Origin: Acetobacteraceae bacterium
GTDB taxonomy: Bacteria; Pseudomonadota; Alphaproteobacteria; Acetobacterales; Acetobacteraceae
Assembly (NCBI GenBank): GCA_035508435.1
Contig: DATJNA010000207.1
Span: 11,837 to 75,836, forward strand
Direction of reading: 5' to 3'
Length of the DNA stretch: 64,000 bases
Notes under the pieces: generated by a model
What the model was told of the DNA's origin: nothing
Database searches by the model: none
The model's input: only the letters and a program-made list of their open reading frames with translations
In this document: positions 50,609 to 59,453 of the stretch, piece by piece
How the letters are laid out: the number at the start of each line of letters is the position of its first letter
How positions within the stretch are numbered: the stretch's first letter is position 1
Position numbers and translations under genes: made by a program

Positions 50609-51220
50609 GTGTCGCGATGGCTCATGGCCGCGCTGCTGTCAGGTCTGGCGACGGCCGCGGCACACGGCCCCGCCGCAGCGGCAGCGCCGCCGCTGACGCA
50701 TTTGACCTGCGAGGGCGCCATCCTGGGCTTCCAACAGCTCGGCGACCACCGATTGGCATCCTACCAGGATGCGCACGGACACCGCATCGAGCTCTGGTGC
50801 ACCAGACGCGTCTTCGACTCCCAGTTTGATCTGCGCGTCGCCGTTGCGGCACCGGCGCATGGCGGCGATGGTCGTCCAGACCCGGTCGCGCCCGGCCGCC
50901 TGGCCACCGTGGGCGGGTGCTTTTTCGATAACGGCGACAATCAAGGCCCGATCTTCGTCGTCGATCCAGGCGGTGGCTATGTGACGGTCGCATGGGTCAC
51001 CCAGGATCCCGCCGATCGGCGGAAATATCGTTTCAGCTACGATTTTGCCAGCAAACTCGTCACGGTCACGGCGACGGTTGCCGGCTGCGCTCCGGTGTCG
51101 AAGGTCGTCGCGCCGCAGCCCAGCTATCGGCGGCTGGCAAAGTTGCTGCCACATCCGGAGACCCAGTCCTGCGCGCTCCCCCCCATGGGCGGCTTCAATC
51201 CGACAGCACCCACACCGTGA
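50609..51220 (+). CDS. hypothetical, probably secreted Cys-containing protein
   Basis: The in-frame GTG at 50609 gives the signal-like VSRWLMAALLSGLATAAAHGPAAAAA. Alternative starts are at 50516 and 50624. No family recognised. Confidence 0.5.
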   Translation: MSRWLMAALLSGLATAAAHGPAAAAAPPLTHLTCEGAILGFQQLGDHRLASYQDAHGHRIELWCTRRVFDSQFDLRVAVAAPAHGGDGRPDPVAPGRLATVGGCFFDNGDNQGPIFVVDPGGGYVTVAWVTQDPADRRKYRFSYDFASKLVTVTATVAGCAPVSKVVAPQPSYRRLAKLLPHPETQSCALPPMGGFNPTAPTP

Positions 51221-51370
51221 CGGAAACCGCCGGCCGGGAGCCGGCGCCGGTGTCAGGGATGCAACCGACATTGACAGTTCGCGCGGCACGCGAGACCATA
51301 CCGGCAAAATCGACCCAAAGAGCATGCAGACTGTGATGCTGAGATGACCGCAAGCTAGGGAGTGTCCGAT

Positions 51371-52894
51371 ATGCTGGAACGGGTGAAGTATCCCGAATCG
51401 ATTGAGCCGTTGGTGCGATTTATCGAGGAAACACCACGCGATCAGATCCTTGACCTCACGCTGGAGAAGCTGCGCGACGGGGTGCCGATCAAGACCATGC
51501 TGACCGCCTCGGCCCTGGCGGTCACCCGGTCCGCCGATCTGCCGCCCGGCCACCACGGGGGCCCGCTGCACCCGCTGGCCGGCCTCTACGCGATCTCGAG
51601 GCTGGTGGATCGCCTGGAAGGCGAGGACAAGTTCCTCCCCGTGCTGCAGCACGTGGCGCTGTCCAACAAGCACATCCACGACCCGGTCACCTCGCCGTTC
51701 CAGTTGCTGGAATTCGCGCCGCTGGATGCCACCGTTGGCATGAACCGTCTGGAAGACATGGCCTATGACGGTTCCGGCGACGTGGTCACCGCCGCGGGCG
51801 TCGAAGCCGCCAAGGCCGCCTTCTTCCGTTGCTGCGAGCGCGGCGAAAGCAACAAGGCCGATCACCTTTTCCAGTGGCTGTGGCAGCATGTCCCGCCGAT
51901 CGAGGCGTTCGACCTGCTGATGACCGTCGCGATTCCGAAGAACGGCCTCGACGACCACTATTTCCTGTTCCCCGCCTATCTGTGGCGCGGCATGGATCAA
52001 TACCTGGGCTGGGAGCATATGTCGCTGCTGATGCGGCCGGCGGTGCGCTATGTCACCCGCTTCCCGCAGGCGCGCATTGTCCCCGAGGCCGAAGCGCTGA
52101 TCGAGAAGCACAACTTGCTCGGCCGCATCCTGCGCCAGCGCACCGGTGACGACGAGACCGCGGCGATCGGCAAGCTGGGCGAGGGCATCCGCGACGTCAC
52201 CGCCTACAGCGAAATCCCGGTGCTGATTGCCGAGGCGCTGGTGGACGGGCTGTCGATGGAAGGCGCGGGCGAGGCGCTGTCGATCGGCGCCGCTGGCTTG
52301 TTCCTGCGCTCGCTCACCGGCAATCCGATGGATGTGCACCTGCACACCTCAGCCAATGTGCGCCGCTGGCTGCTGAAGCTCGACGGCCTCAGCATCAAGA
52401 ACAAGCTGCTGGTGCTGCTGACCTGGCACACCGGGCCGGAGGTGAAATCGACCCAGCACCGCATGGAGCCAACGGCGCAGCCCGATCCGGAAGCGGTGGC
52501 CGCGCTGCCGGTGCGGTCGCAGGAGGAGCTGCTGGAGGCGATCACCCAGAGCATCTACACCCAGCCGCCGACGGACTGGTCGACCGTGTCGAACCTGGGC
52601 CGCATGCGCGCGGTGCCCGAGGTGAAGATGACGGTGAACCTGGCGCAGCAATACGTGAACCTGCGCTACGATCCGGAGGCGCTGATCAAGCGCCTGGCCG
52701 ACATCGTCTGCCACGACAGCTTCACCGAGATGCACGCGTTCAAGCATCACCAGGCGGTGGTTGAGGAATTCCGCACCACCCGCGAACCGTGGCGCTGGAT
52801 GCATCTGGTGTGCGGCTGCCAGGCGGCGGCGATTTCCTTCGGCAAGAACATGGAAGTGTTCGAGGAAGTGCTGGAGCTGCTGCACGCGGCGTAG
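51371..52894 (+). CDS. hypothetical protein (507 aa), no recognisable family
   Basis: A long ORF with balanced, protein-like composition. AGGGAG lies 8 nt upstream of ATG 51371 (the track start GTG 51362 sits too close to the SD). Host-like high GC. Confidence 0.7.
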   Translation: MLERVKYPESIEPLVRFIEETPRDQILDLTLEKLRDGVPIKTMLTASALAVTRSADLPPGHHGGPLHPLAGLYAISRLVDRLEGEDKFLPVLQHVALSNKHIHDPVTSPFQLLEFAPLDATVGMNRLEDMAYDGSGDVVTAAGVEAAKAAFFRCCERGESNKADHLFQWLWQHVPPIEAFDLLMTVAIPKNGLDDHYFLFPAYLWRGMDQYLGWEHMSLLMRPAVRYVTRFPQARIVPEAEALIEKHNLLGRILRQRTGDDETAAIGKLGEGIRDVTAYSEIPVLIAEALVDGLSMEGAGEALSIGAAGLFLRSLTGNPMDVHLHTSANVRRWLLKLDGLSIKNKLLVLLTWHTGPEVKSTQHRMEPTAQPDPEAVAALPVRSQEELLEAITQSIYTQPPTDWSTVSNLGRMRAVPEVKMTVNLAQQYVNLRYDPEALIKRLADIVCHDSFTEMHAFKHHQAVVEEFRTTREPWRWMHLVCGCQAAAISFGKNMEVFEEVLELLHAA

Positions 52895-52903
52895 CCAACG
52901 AAA

Positions 52904-52959
52904 CTCCCTCCCCCCTAGCGAGATCGAGCCGTTAGCCTGGTGAAGGCGGGGGGAGGGAG
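52904..52959. repeat. 12-bp perfect inverted repeat (stem-loop) just after the 507-aa gene
   Basis: ctccctcccccc (52904-52915) pairs with ggggggagggag (52948-52959) across a 32-nt loop. It starts 10 nt after the stop codon and has no T-tract. Confidence 0.7.
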
Positions 52960-53352
52960 CGTTACGAGACACTTGCACCGCGCCCTCTAACGATTGGCAC
53001 TAATCTCAAAAGCATTGACCAGCCGCAAGTTGCCGTGCCACCACTGAAGAAGGGCGGCGCCTGGAGGCAGAGAGGGCCAACCGCGTAGCCGCGGCACGGA
53101 ACAGGCACTTTTCGCCATCCCAGCGTGTGGGGCAACTCTGAACAGTGGGACCGCGGTGGCGGCGCGCGCTGGTGTTCTGACCCTAACGCTTCGATGCCAT
53201 TGGGCATCGACAATCGGCATCGTTACCAGGGCCCGCGTGGGATACAAGCGCCAGAGTCACAGCACTAGCATGCCGGCGCGACAGGTGCGACCGCTCGGAT
53301 GCAGCGACCGCCAGGGCTAGGGCTCCGCGTCGGCTGGACGTCTGGGCTATCA

Positions 53353-53459
53353 CGGCAGTAAACGAACCGCGCAGCGGCCAAGGCATGGGAAACGTCGGTC
53401 CCGCCGGCATCCCCGGGGAAACCGACCACTGGCAAATTGCTGAAAAGCGTTTACTGCCG
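53353..53459. repeat. nested inverted repeats in the non-coding leader of the islet
   Basis: Outer 12-bp perfect pair cggcagtaaacg (53353-53364) / cgtttactgccg (53448-53459). Inner pair gtcggt (53394-53399) / accgac (53421-53426) around the palindrome ccccgggg (53411-53418). Confidence 0.7.
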
Positions 53460-53969
53460 GCTAACGGCGCAAGGTTAGGTTGCCGAACCATCATACTGCG
53501 CGACAACATTGCGTAAAAGGCACCGCCTCGCTTGCCTTTCGACTTTCGTTGCGCACGCGTGGAGATTTTCAGCGACCGCCAGTCTACCTGCCAAACAAGC
53601 CGTGTGAGCAGCGCACGCAATCGAAGCGCGAAGAGCCGCATCACGGCGATAAAGGTGACAAGCCGGCAAGCGCAGATCGGCCGGTTCGACCGGGTAGGTG
53701 CAACAATGCCTAGCTCGTCGTCGGTCATCTGATTGCGGATTATGTCAATGCCGAACCTCGCACAGGGAATCCGAGCCAAGCACTATGCCGGACCTGGTAC
53801 AGGCCATTCTTTATTGGCGTCGCTCCCTGCAAGCCCAAATCGCTTTCGCTGCCGGTCTTGTCCACGCTCAAAGATGCCCAAGGTTAATACAGTTGCGCAT
53901 TTGTCCGCAGGTCGTAAGATACCCCAGCCACGCCGCAACGGGAGAAGAAGCTTATCAAGGGGGGAGACG

Positions 53970-56528
53970 ATGGCCAGACCTATAATGTCGGCGATGGAAA
54001 ATCCTGCGGCCGAAATCAAGGATAGAGTGCAGCTTCTGTTTAGTATCCACCACGCAGTACCTCGTAGCCTGCCGGGGCCGTTCCTTGCGACCCATTTTGT
54101 GAGACTTAACGAGTCCCCGGAAGATCGGTCGTTTGCGCGTGCTGCCAAGTTAGCGCAAAAGTGCTTTGGGGAAGATATAGATCAGGACCACCCTGAGCTC
54201 TTCCGGTCGATGGCTGGTATTCGGTCGAAAATTGTCACGACTATTCGGTCCCATTATGAGTCGATTTTAGAGAATGCGCCGGCAATGTTCGTCTTTGGCT
54301 CTGAGGCTGCCGTCATCGACCTCCTTGCTCGGCGCGTTACTGACGAACTTGGTCATCCGGAAGGATTGGTCGAAGCATTCCGAGTTTTTATGCCTCGGTT
54401 TCGAGAATTCTGGAAAGAAACCTACAAGGATTATCTATCAAAACTCGGCAGGGAGATCGCCGGCATTCGTTTTGATGCAGACCCGAAAGTCGCTGAACTC
54501 GGGGGCATACGTCACTGGCTAGAGGAAAACGAACGATTGGATCAGCGCCAATCCGAGATAGAGACAGCCCTTGGAGACTTTCGCTACCTGAGACTCCGCT
54601 CCCACGCCGCCGACGAATTTGTAAGAAACAACGTCCGTTATCACGTCCGTTGGGAGAGAATACCTCAAGGGTGGAATTATTCGTTTATAGAGACTCTCAA
54701 CCTCAGCCCCCGCGCTATACGGCATCGTGATCTGTTAGCACAGCGGCAGCAGAAGCTGGACTATATCGAATACATAACCGGTATGGTGACCTGCTTCGCG
54801 GTAGACCCCAACGTTCCGAATGCGGCTGGATTGGCCGAGGTACCGGACGATGTGTGGTTTCCGGGGGCGACGTTGGCGGGTGCGCACTACCTAATGCTCG
54901 GCGTTGATGCGCTGATCGCTATCTGCGTAGCATGGCGCCGTATATCGGGCTTCCCTGACGTGGCCAGTGAAGGCGAAGACGAGTTCAGGGAGTACGCAAG
55001 CTTCCCCGGACTAGCACCCAGCGTGAATGCGAGAACTGACAGGGTCGCCGAAACGGTGAAAAGGTTTCGTAAGATTGGAGCGGAAACAGGGATAGATGAA
55101 AAAGAACTTCATCGGCGGGCCCGAGAATTTATAAGGTCTATGGATGGAGGGCACGTCAGACGAAGGGCCGCGGTAGCAGAACTCATCCGGATCTGCCTCG
55201 TAACACTGCGGCCGGAACGGATCTCTGAGACGCTTCGGCTGCATACTATGTCCACCGTCCCTAAGGAAGCGATCAACGCCATACTTGAACTGGACATCGT
55301 TCCGGCCAGCTACGATCTCACACTGGCTGAGTATCAAAGTTTGGCTATTGTTCGTTTGATTGAGAGAGACGGGACCGCAATAACGGATCCGTCCGTCTAT
55401 GACTTTCTTGGATCGATGGTCATAGAAGGTGTTCAAAGCCACAACACGTCAAAAGAGGTCCGCTGCGCAATCTTCACAGCACTGGCACACCTTACCCGCG
55501 AATTCTGGGTATCGGCGATGGGTGGTTCTGCACACTCAATGATGCACGATGCGGATGATGATTACGTCGCGAGCTCAATGGCTGACTTCCAATGCCTATA
55601 CTTTTCGAACTTTGTGCCGCTCGGCAAGGAGCTGTTCACGCGCACCATCTTTGTGGACGTGGGTTTGGGGCCCTATCAGAGAGCGCGCATGCTGCAACGC
55701 TTTGCCAATATTCTCAGTTATCGCTCACTGGCGATTAGAGATCTGGCCCGCGTCCGTAACGCGGTGGATGGTCTATTGGATGTGAGCAGAGGACTAAACG
55801 ACATCCAATCGATCATGGCAATACCGCGAGCATTCGGGGACGGAGAGGAGCCTCGATTTCTCGAACTGAACCTCGGACGAGTCATTGAAATGGCGGCGCG
55901 GGCAGGTTACATGAACTCGTTTCTGACCTACGGTATAGTCGGGCGTCGGATGTCGGCAGCCAGTTACGTAGAGCAAATACGCGAACGTTGCGCAGACGTT
56001 CGGGAGGAACGACTCCGGAATTACCCCATGCTGATAGACTTCTTGGAACGGAGGCTGATGCACTCAGTACGCAATTATGATCGGATGGAGATGCACTATA
56101 ATGCGGTGACCCACAGGATAAATGCTTTAATGGACATGATTCGTACACGCCTCAACGCAGTCCAAACGCATGAGATGTCTGACAACATCGGTGAGATGGC
56201 ACGAACGGCAAGGACAATGACAGTAGCTTCCGAAAATCTCCAGCGGGCAGCCGACCGTGTAGATATCAATCTGCGGGCTCAGCTGGACTTGCAAGTGGCT
56301 GCGGAAGTAATTGTTTTGTTTGGCGGCAGCTACTATGCTTTCGAGATCGTTCGTGCGGTATCCAGCTCTGTGCCTAGACTCCAACAAGTTTCTGATTGGG
56401 CCCTCGTATGCATCGGTGTGGTTGCTGCCGTTGGTGCCCGGATCGCGGTTGCTCCGGTGACCCGGCATGCGATTCATCTCAGTCACCGTTCTGTTGGCAG
56501 ATTACTGCGTATCCTAAGACTGCGCTAG
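53970..56528 (+). CDS. orphan 852-aa protein: unassigned N-terminal ~520 aa plus a DUF3422-like long-helix / 2-TM C-terminal module
   Basis: ATG 53970 is preceded by AAGGGGGGAGA. Hand counts of two 100-nt samples give 50% and 47% G+C, and the codon usage is atypical for this window. The C-terminal segments GPYQRARMLQRFANILSYRSLAIRDL, VREERLRNYPMLIDFLERRLMHSV and MIRTRLNAVQ, plus two terminal hydrophobic helices, resemble DUF3422 as I recall it. Confidence 0.75.
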   Translation: MARPIMSAMENPAAEIKDRVQLLFSIHHAVPRSLPGPFLATHFVRLNESPEDRSFARAAKLAQKCFGEDIDQDHPELFRSMAGIRSKIVTTIRSHYESILENAPAMFVFGSEAAVIDLLARRVTDELGHPEGLVEAFRVFMPRFREFWKETYKDYLSKLGREIAGIRFDADPKVAELGGIRHWLEENERLDQRQSEIETALGDFRYLRLRSHAADEFVRNNVRYHVRWERIPQGWNYSFIETLNLSPRAIRHRDLLAQRQQKLDYIEYITGMVTCFAVDPNVPNAAGLAEVPDDVWFPGATLAGAHYLMLGVDALIAICVAWRRISGFPDVASEGEDEFREYASFPGLAPSVNARTDRVAETVKRFRKIGAETGIDEKELHRRAREFIRSMDGGHVRRRAAVAELIRICLVTLRPERISETLRLHTMSTVPKEAINAILELDIVPASYDLTLAEYQSLAIVRLIERDGTAITDPSVYDFLGSMVIEGVQSHNTSKEVRCAIFTALAHLTREFWVSAMGGSAHSMMHDADDDYVASSMADFQCLYFSNFVPLGKELFTRTIFVDVGLGPYQRARMLQRFANILSYRSLAIRDLARVRNAVDGLLDVSRGLNDIQSIMAIPRAFGDGEEPRFLELNLGRVIEMAARAGYMNSFLTYGIVGRRMSAASYVEQIRERCADVREERLRNYPMLIDFLERRLMHSVRNYDRMEMHYNAVTHRINALMDMIRTRLNAVQTHEMSDNIGEMARTARTMTVASENLQRAADRVDINLRAQLDLQVAAEVIVLFGGSYYAFEIVRAVSSSVPRLQQVSDWALVCIGVVAAVGARIAVAPVTRHAIHLSHRSVGRLLRILRLR

Positions 56529-56752
56529 AGCTGGCGGTTTTGCTGACCATACTTCGGGAAAATGGATGTTCGACGGTAATGGCAAAACCTAGAGCATTGC
56601 CCCGCAGAATAGCGATATGGATTGCTACTATCAGCGGTTCCACGGATGCTGCTGTAAGTTCGATGCGAGCTTTATCCGCGGGGGAAGGGAGAGTCGATTC
56701 GCTGACGGCAAATATGGAACTGACCGAGGCGCCGATCGCCTCCGCGTTGCCG

Positions 56753-58141
56753 TTACGCCCGCCGCGGCCGTGTGCCGGGCTCCTGTCGCGGCATCGCCTG
56801 CTGCAACGGCACGCTCGGCTGCGGCAAACTCGTTGCGTTCGCCGCGGCGCGCCGCAAGGCCGCCGCCGTCTCGGGTAGCATCGGCACGTCCATCCGTGCC
56901 GGCTCGCCGAAGCCAAAGGCATGCGTCAGGTCGCCGCAGGTGCGCCGCCGCCAATCGCTCAGGTTTGGAATTTCCACCCCGAAACGGGTTTCCATCAGCC
57001 GCAGTGTGGAGGTGTGGTCGAACGTCTCGCCGCACACATAGCCGCCGCGGCTGAACGGCGAGATCACCAGGCACGGCACGCGGAATCCCAAGCCTACCGG
57101 CTTCCCATCGACGAACTCGCCCGGCGTTCCGGGCTCCGGCAGCGGCGGCACGACATGGTCGAACAAGCCGTCGTTCTCGTCGTAGTTCAGGATCAGCGCG
57201 CTGCGCGCCCAGAGCGACGGGTTTGACCACAGCGCCGCCAGCACCTGCGCCGTATGATGCTCGCCCGCGGCGGGCAGGTAGGACGGGTGCTCTGTCACCG
57301 TCGAGGGCGGCACGATCCACGTCACCTGCGGGATGTTGCCGCTGCGCAGATCGGCGAGCAATTCGTCGAAGCCACGATTGCGCATCAGGTTGTCGAACAG
57401 GTCCGATGTCGGCGAGGCTGCGGCGAAAGCGGGGAACCATTTGCAGACGTTGCAGCCGTAGTCGTCGACGTCGTGATAGACCCGCCACGTGATGCCGGCG
57501 CGTTGCAGACGCTGCGGATAGGTCTCCCACCAGTAGTGCGTGCCGCGGTTGTCGAGCGCGGGACCGCCTGCCTTGCCCTCCGGGTCGATCGTCGCGGTCA
57601 TCAGGTAGAAGCGGTTCGGATGCGTCGGCCCCAGCATGGAGCAATGATAGCCGTCGCAGATCGTGAATGCGTCGGCGAGCGCGTGGTAGAAGGGCAGATC
57701 GTCGCGCGTCAGATACCCCATGGTCAGTGGCGCGACATCGCCGTTCACCTTGCGATGTGCCGGAATCCACGCATCCATCGCGCCGTGGTTCAGGCAGCCG
57801 TGCAGCGGCCCCCAACTGTGGCTCAGGTCGTGCAGGCGTTGCGCGCTGGTGGTGGCGCAGTTCAGCCGGAACGCCAGCACGTAACCGTCGGCGTTCCCTG
57901 GGTCGGGCTGAAAGAACACGCTGCGGCCGGAGGCGAGCCGCAGTGCCAGCGGATCATCGAACCCGCGCACGCCGCGCAGCGTGCCGAAATAGTGGTCGAA
58001 GGAGCGGTTCTCCTTCATCAGGATGATGATGTGGTCGATATCTCTCAGTTGTGCCGGCGCCGCGGCGGCTGATGCAGCCGCAGGCAGCCCGGCCAGCGCG
58101 GCGGAAGCCCGGAGGAAATGGCGGCGGGAAATCTCGGTCAT
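56753..58141 (-). CDS. Tat-signal phosphoesterase-family protein (phospholipase C/PlcN-type catalytic domain only, possibly truncated)
   Basis: Twin-arginine signal MTEISRRHFLRASAALAGL, then DHIIILMKENRSFDHYFGTLRGVRGFDDP, typical of phosphocholine-specific PLC/acid phosphatase. The product is 462 aa and ends at ...QEPGTRPRRA. Confidence 0.85.
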   Translation of the reverse strand: MTEISRRHFLRASAALAGLPAAASAAAAPAQLRDIDHIIILMKENRSFDHYFGTLRGVRGFDDPLALRLASGRSVFFQPDPGNADGYVLAFRLNCATTSAQRLHDLSHSWGPLHGCLNHGAMDAWIPAHRKVNGDVAPLTMGYLTRDDLPFYHALADAFTICDGYHCSMLGPTHPNRFYLMTATIDPEGKAGGPALDNRGTHYWWETYPQRLQRAGITWRVYHDVDDYGCNVCKWFPAFAAASPTSDLFDNLMRNRGFDELLADLRSGNIPQVTWIVPPSTVTEHPSYLPAAGEHHTAQVLAALWSNPSLWARSALILNYDENDGLFDHVVPPLPEPGTPGEFVDGKPVGLGFRVPCLVISPFSRGGYVCGETFDHTSTLRLMETRFGVEIPNLSDWRRRTCGDLTHAFGFGEPARMDVPMLPETAAALRRAAANATSLPQPSVPLQQAMPRQEPGTRPRRA

Positions 58142-58319
58142 GGCGGCAGCCTATGCCCGCGCGCCGCACTTGCCCACGGAAAATGCCGGCCCGCATCGAG
58201 CTTTCACACCGCATCGGCGGCCGCGCGTCCGATCTCACCGCGTGTCCCGCCCCACTTGTGGAAGCCGGGCCACGGCGCGATCCTGCCGCCAGTCAACGCA
58301 ACAACCGGAGGAAGCGCGC

Positions 58320-59258
58320 ATGTCCATTTTCGTTGTCGGCGGTGCCGGCTTCATCGGCATTCGCCTGATCCCTCTGCTGGTGTCACGCGGCGAGCAAGTC
58401 ACCTGCATGGACATCAACCCGCAATCACCGGTGCTGACCGCGCTGGGCGAGAAGGTGAAGCTGGTGCGCGGCGATGTGACGCAGTTCGACGACGTGATGG
58501 CCGCCATGGCCGTGGCGCGGCCGGACCGCGCGATCAACCTGTCCTACATGCTGGGCAGCGAGCATGCCCCGCATGTCGCGCTGAAGCTGAACATCCTCGG
58601 TATGGACAACTGCTTCGAGGCAGCGCGGCTGTGCGGCGTGAAGCACGTCGTGTACGCCAGCTCACTGGCTGTGAACGGCGAGCAATTCCATTATGGCGAT
58701 CGTGCCATCACCGAGGACGATTTCCGCCACGGCCACGTGCAATACGCCATGCACAAGATCTTCAACGAGTTCCAGGCGCAGGACTATCGGGAAAAGTTCG
58801 GCATCACGATCACCGGCATCCGCCCGGCGAACGTGACGGGACCGGACAAGGTGCGCGGCTCGGTGGATCATGTGAACTGCATCACCCAGCCGGCGCGCGG
58901 CAAGCCGATCAGCTTCCCGTTTGCCGATGCGATGCGCTGCCCCATCCACGTGGACGACGTGGCGGAAGTCTTCGCCCGCGTATTGCTGTCGGACAAGCCG
59001 AAGCACGCGGTCTACAGCACCGGCGGCACGCCGATCAGCCTGGGTGAACTGTCCGACATCGTCCGCGGCTTTCTGCCCGACGCGCGCATCAGCTTTGACA
59101 AGCCGACCGGCGGCAAGGAGATCTCCGGCAACTACCTGATCGACAATACCCGTCTGGTGCAGGAGTTCGGCGTGCAATACCGCCCCTACCGCGAGCGCGT
59201 ATTGCAGATCATCAACGAAGTCCGGACCCAGGAGGGATTGCCCGTGGTGCGGGCGTGA
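58320..59258 (+). CDS. NAD-dependent epimerase/dehydratase family protein
   Basis: MSIFVVGGAGFIGIRL Rossmann motif and YAMHK (YxxxK). ATG 58320 is preceded by GGAGGA. Confidence 0.88.
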   Translation: MSIFVVGGAGFIGIRLIPLLVSRGEQVTCMDINPQSPVLTALGEKVKLVRGDVTQFDDVMAAMAVARPDRAINLSYMLGSEHAPHVALKLNILGMDNCFEAARLCGVKHVVYASSLAVNGEQFHYGDRAITEDDFRHGHVQYAMHKIFNEFQAQDYREKFGITITGIRPANVTGPDKVRGSVDHVNCITQPARGKPISFPFADAMRCPIHVDDVAEVFARVLLSDKPKHAVYSTGGTPISLGELSDIVRGFLPDARISFDKPTGGKEISGNYLIDNTRLVQEFGVQYRPYRERVLQIINEVRTQEGLPVVRA

Positions 59259-59315
59259 TCGGTCGGCTTTCGCCCAAAGTCGGACCAGTGCGCCGCACGT
59301 ACGCGATTGTGCACC

Positions 59316-59438
59316 TGTCATTGCGAGGACCGCGAGCGGAGCGTGGCGGGACCAAGCAATTCCGGTCACGCCGCACACGGACCGGCGGAGTCCTGCCATG
59401 ACCGGGATTGCTTCAACGCTGCGCGTCTCGCAATGACA
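59316..59438. repeat. REP-like palindromic intergenic element (inverted pair)
   Basis: tgtcattgcgaggaccgcgagcggagcgtggcgggaccaagcaattccggtc ... gaccgggattgcttcaacgctgcgcgtctcgcaatgaca. It ends 16 nt before the SDR start codon. Confidence 0.8.
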
Positions 59439-59453
59439 GCACGGGAGGCCACC

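Noticed and set aside
50639-52345. 568-aa ORF antisense to the two hypothetical genes at 50.6-52.9 kb
   Set aside because: The composition is R/A/G/H/Q-rich and repetitive with no SD. The sense ORFs have balanced composition and an AGGGAG SD. My confidence is lower than for the other shadow ORFs because the sense genes are themselves uncharacterised.
53183-53779. 198-aa minus-strand ORF inside the non-coding leader of the islet; considered as a possible recombinase remnant (HLSRRHASAVTLALVSHAG faintly recalls a tyrosine-recombinase box)
   Set aside because: It has no SD, an Arg/Ser/Ala-rich composition, no second motif, and the resemblance is too weak. A frameshift-tolerant database search would be needed to revive the idea.
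53733-53969. 79-codon N-terminal extension of the 852-aa ORF (track start 53733)
   Set aside because: The extension is Arg/Pro/Ser-rich and non-protein-like. A strong SD sits immediately before ATG 53970.
52946-56691. Possible direct repeats flanking the islet: gcggggggagggag (52946-52959) versus gcgggggaagggag (56678-56691), 13 of 14 identical
   Set aside because: The sequence is G-rich and of low complexity, the left copy is simply one arm of the hairpin at 52904-52959, and no recombinase is present. This is too weak to call an att site.
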